DNA of 64,000 nucleotides. It comes from Podarcis filfolensis (taxonomy: Eukaryota). A model generated the notes under the pieces. It did not search any database and had not been told where the DNA came from. It saw nothing but the letters and a program-made list of their open reading frames with translations. The position numbers were made by a program, and so were the translations under genes. Shown piece after piece: positions 63,561 to 64,000 of this stretch (position 1 is its first letter; each line of letters starts with the position of its first letter). The DNA lies in assembly GCA_964270895.1 (NCBI GenBank), contig OZ185439.1. One strand, given 5' to 3'.

Positions 63561-64000
63561 GCAGCCGGCACTCTTAGAACCACCCAGTCCAGCTGCAGCC
63601 ACTTGGGCTCAGAGGATTTACTTGTTTGTTTATTATCATTTTTTGCAGTTCATACATTTCATAAATATTAACAGTATAATAGCAGTAACAACCAGAGCAT
63701 CAAAGAGTGCAAAAGTGTAACATGAATTGAGTTCAGCACGTATAAATCTTAAAATATTTTCAGCGGAAGATTCCAATTCTAATCGTAGCTAATCCTTCCG
63801 TCTGTCCTCTCAAGGGGGTGTGCAACTAAAGCTATGGAGCAATAATATGCCATTAACTTGAAGCAGCAGCAGAAGCATAAACATTTCATTGAATTACCAA
63901 ATGAAAATTAAAATATATATGAACACAACAGCTTATAAAATACAGGCAACCATCTATTCTGCATGCAGAAGGTCCCAAATTTAATTTTGGACATCTGGTA

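Overview
Vertebrate genomic DNA from a squamate reptile, probably a lacertid lizard (inferred from Sauria/Squam SINEs, L2/CR1 LINE remnants and Tigger-like/hAT MITEs). Two genes lie in tandem on the minus strand. PPRC1 (PGC-1-related coactivator) is complete: 14 coding exons from 62252 down to 39040, all GT-AG, phases consistent, 4839 nt = 1612 aa, with an AATAAA at 38761-38766. The 5' end of LCOR follows: three coding exons (27459-27363, 4324-4259, 3848-3769), and the gene continues beyond position 1. CpG islands mark both promoters. Best unexplained signals: (1) a ~205-nt element present twice in direct orientation on either side of PPRC1 exon 2, with conserved and covarying stems, one copy ending in a perfect splice donor (candidate structured RNA or poison-exon module); (2) several plus-strand splice sites and a small ORF upstream of PPRC1, suggesting a spliced divergent transcript; (3) an open Cys/His-rich LCOR N-terminal extension; (4) FQRFL in place of the PGC-1-family LxxLL box; (5) PPRC1 directly followed by LCOR with no NOLC1 between them. 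Gene and repeat names come from recalled sequences, not from searches.
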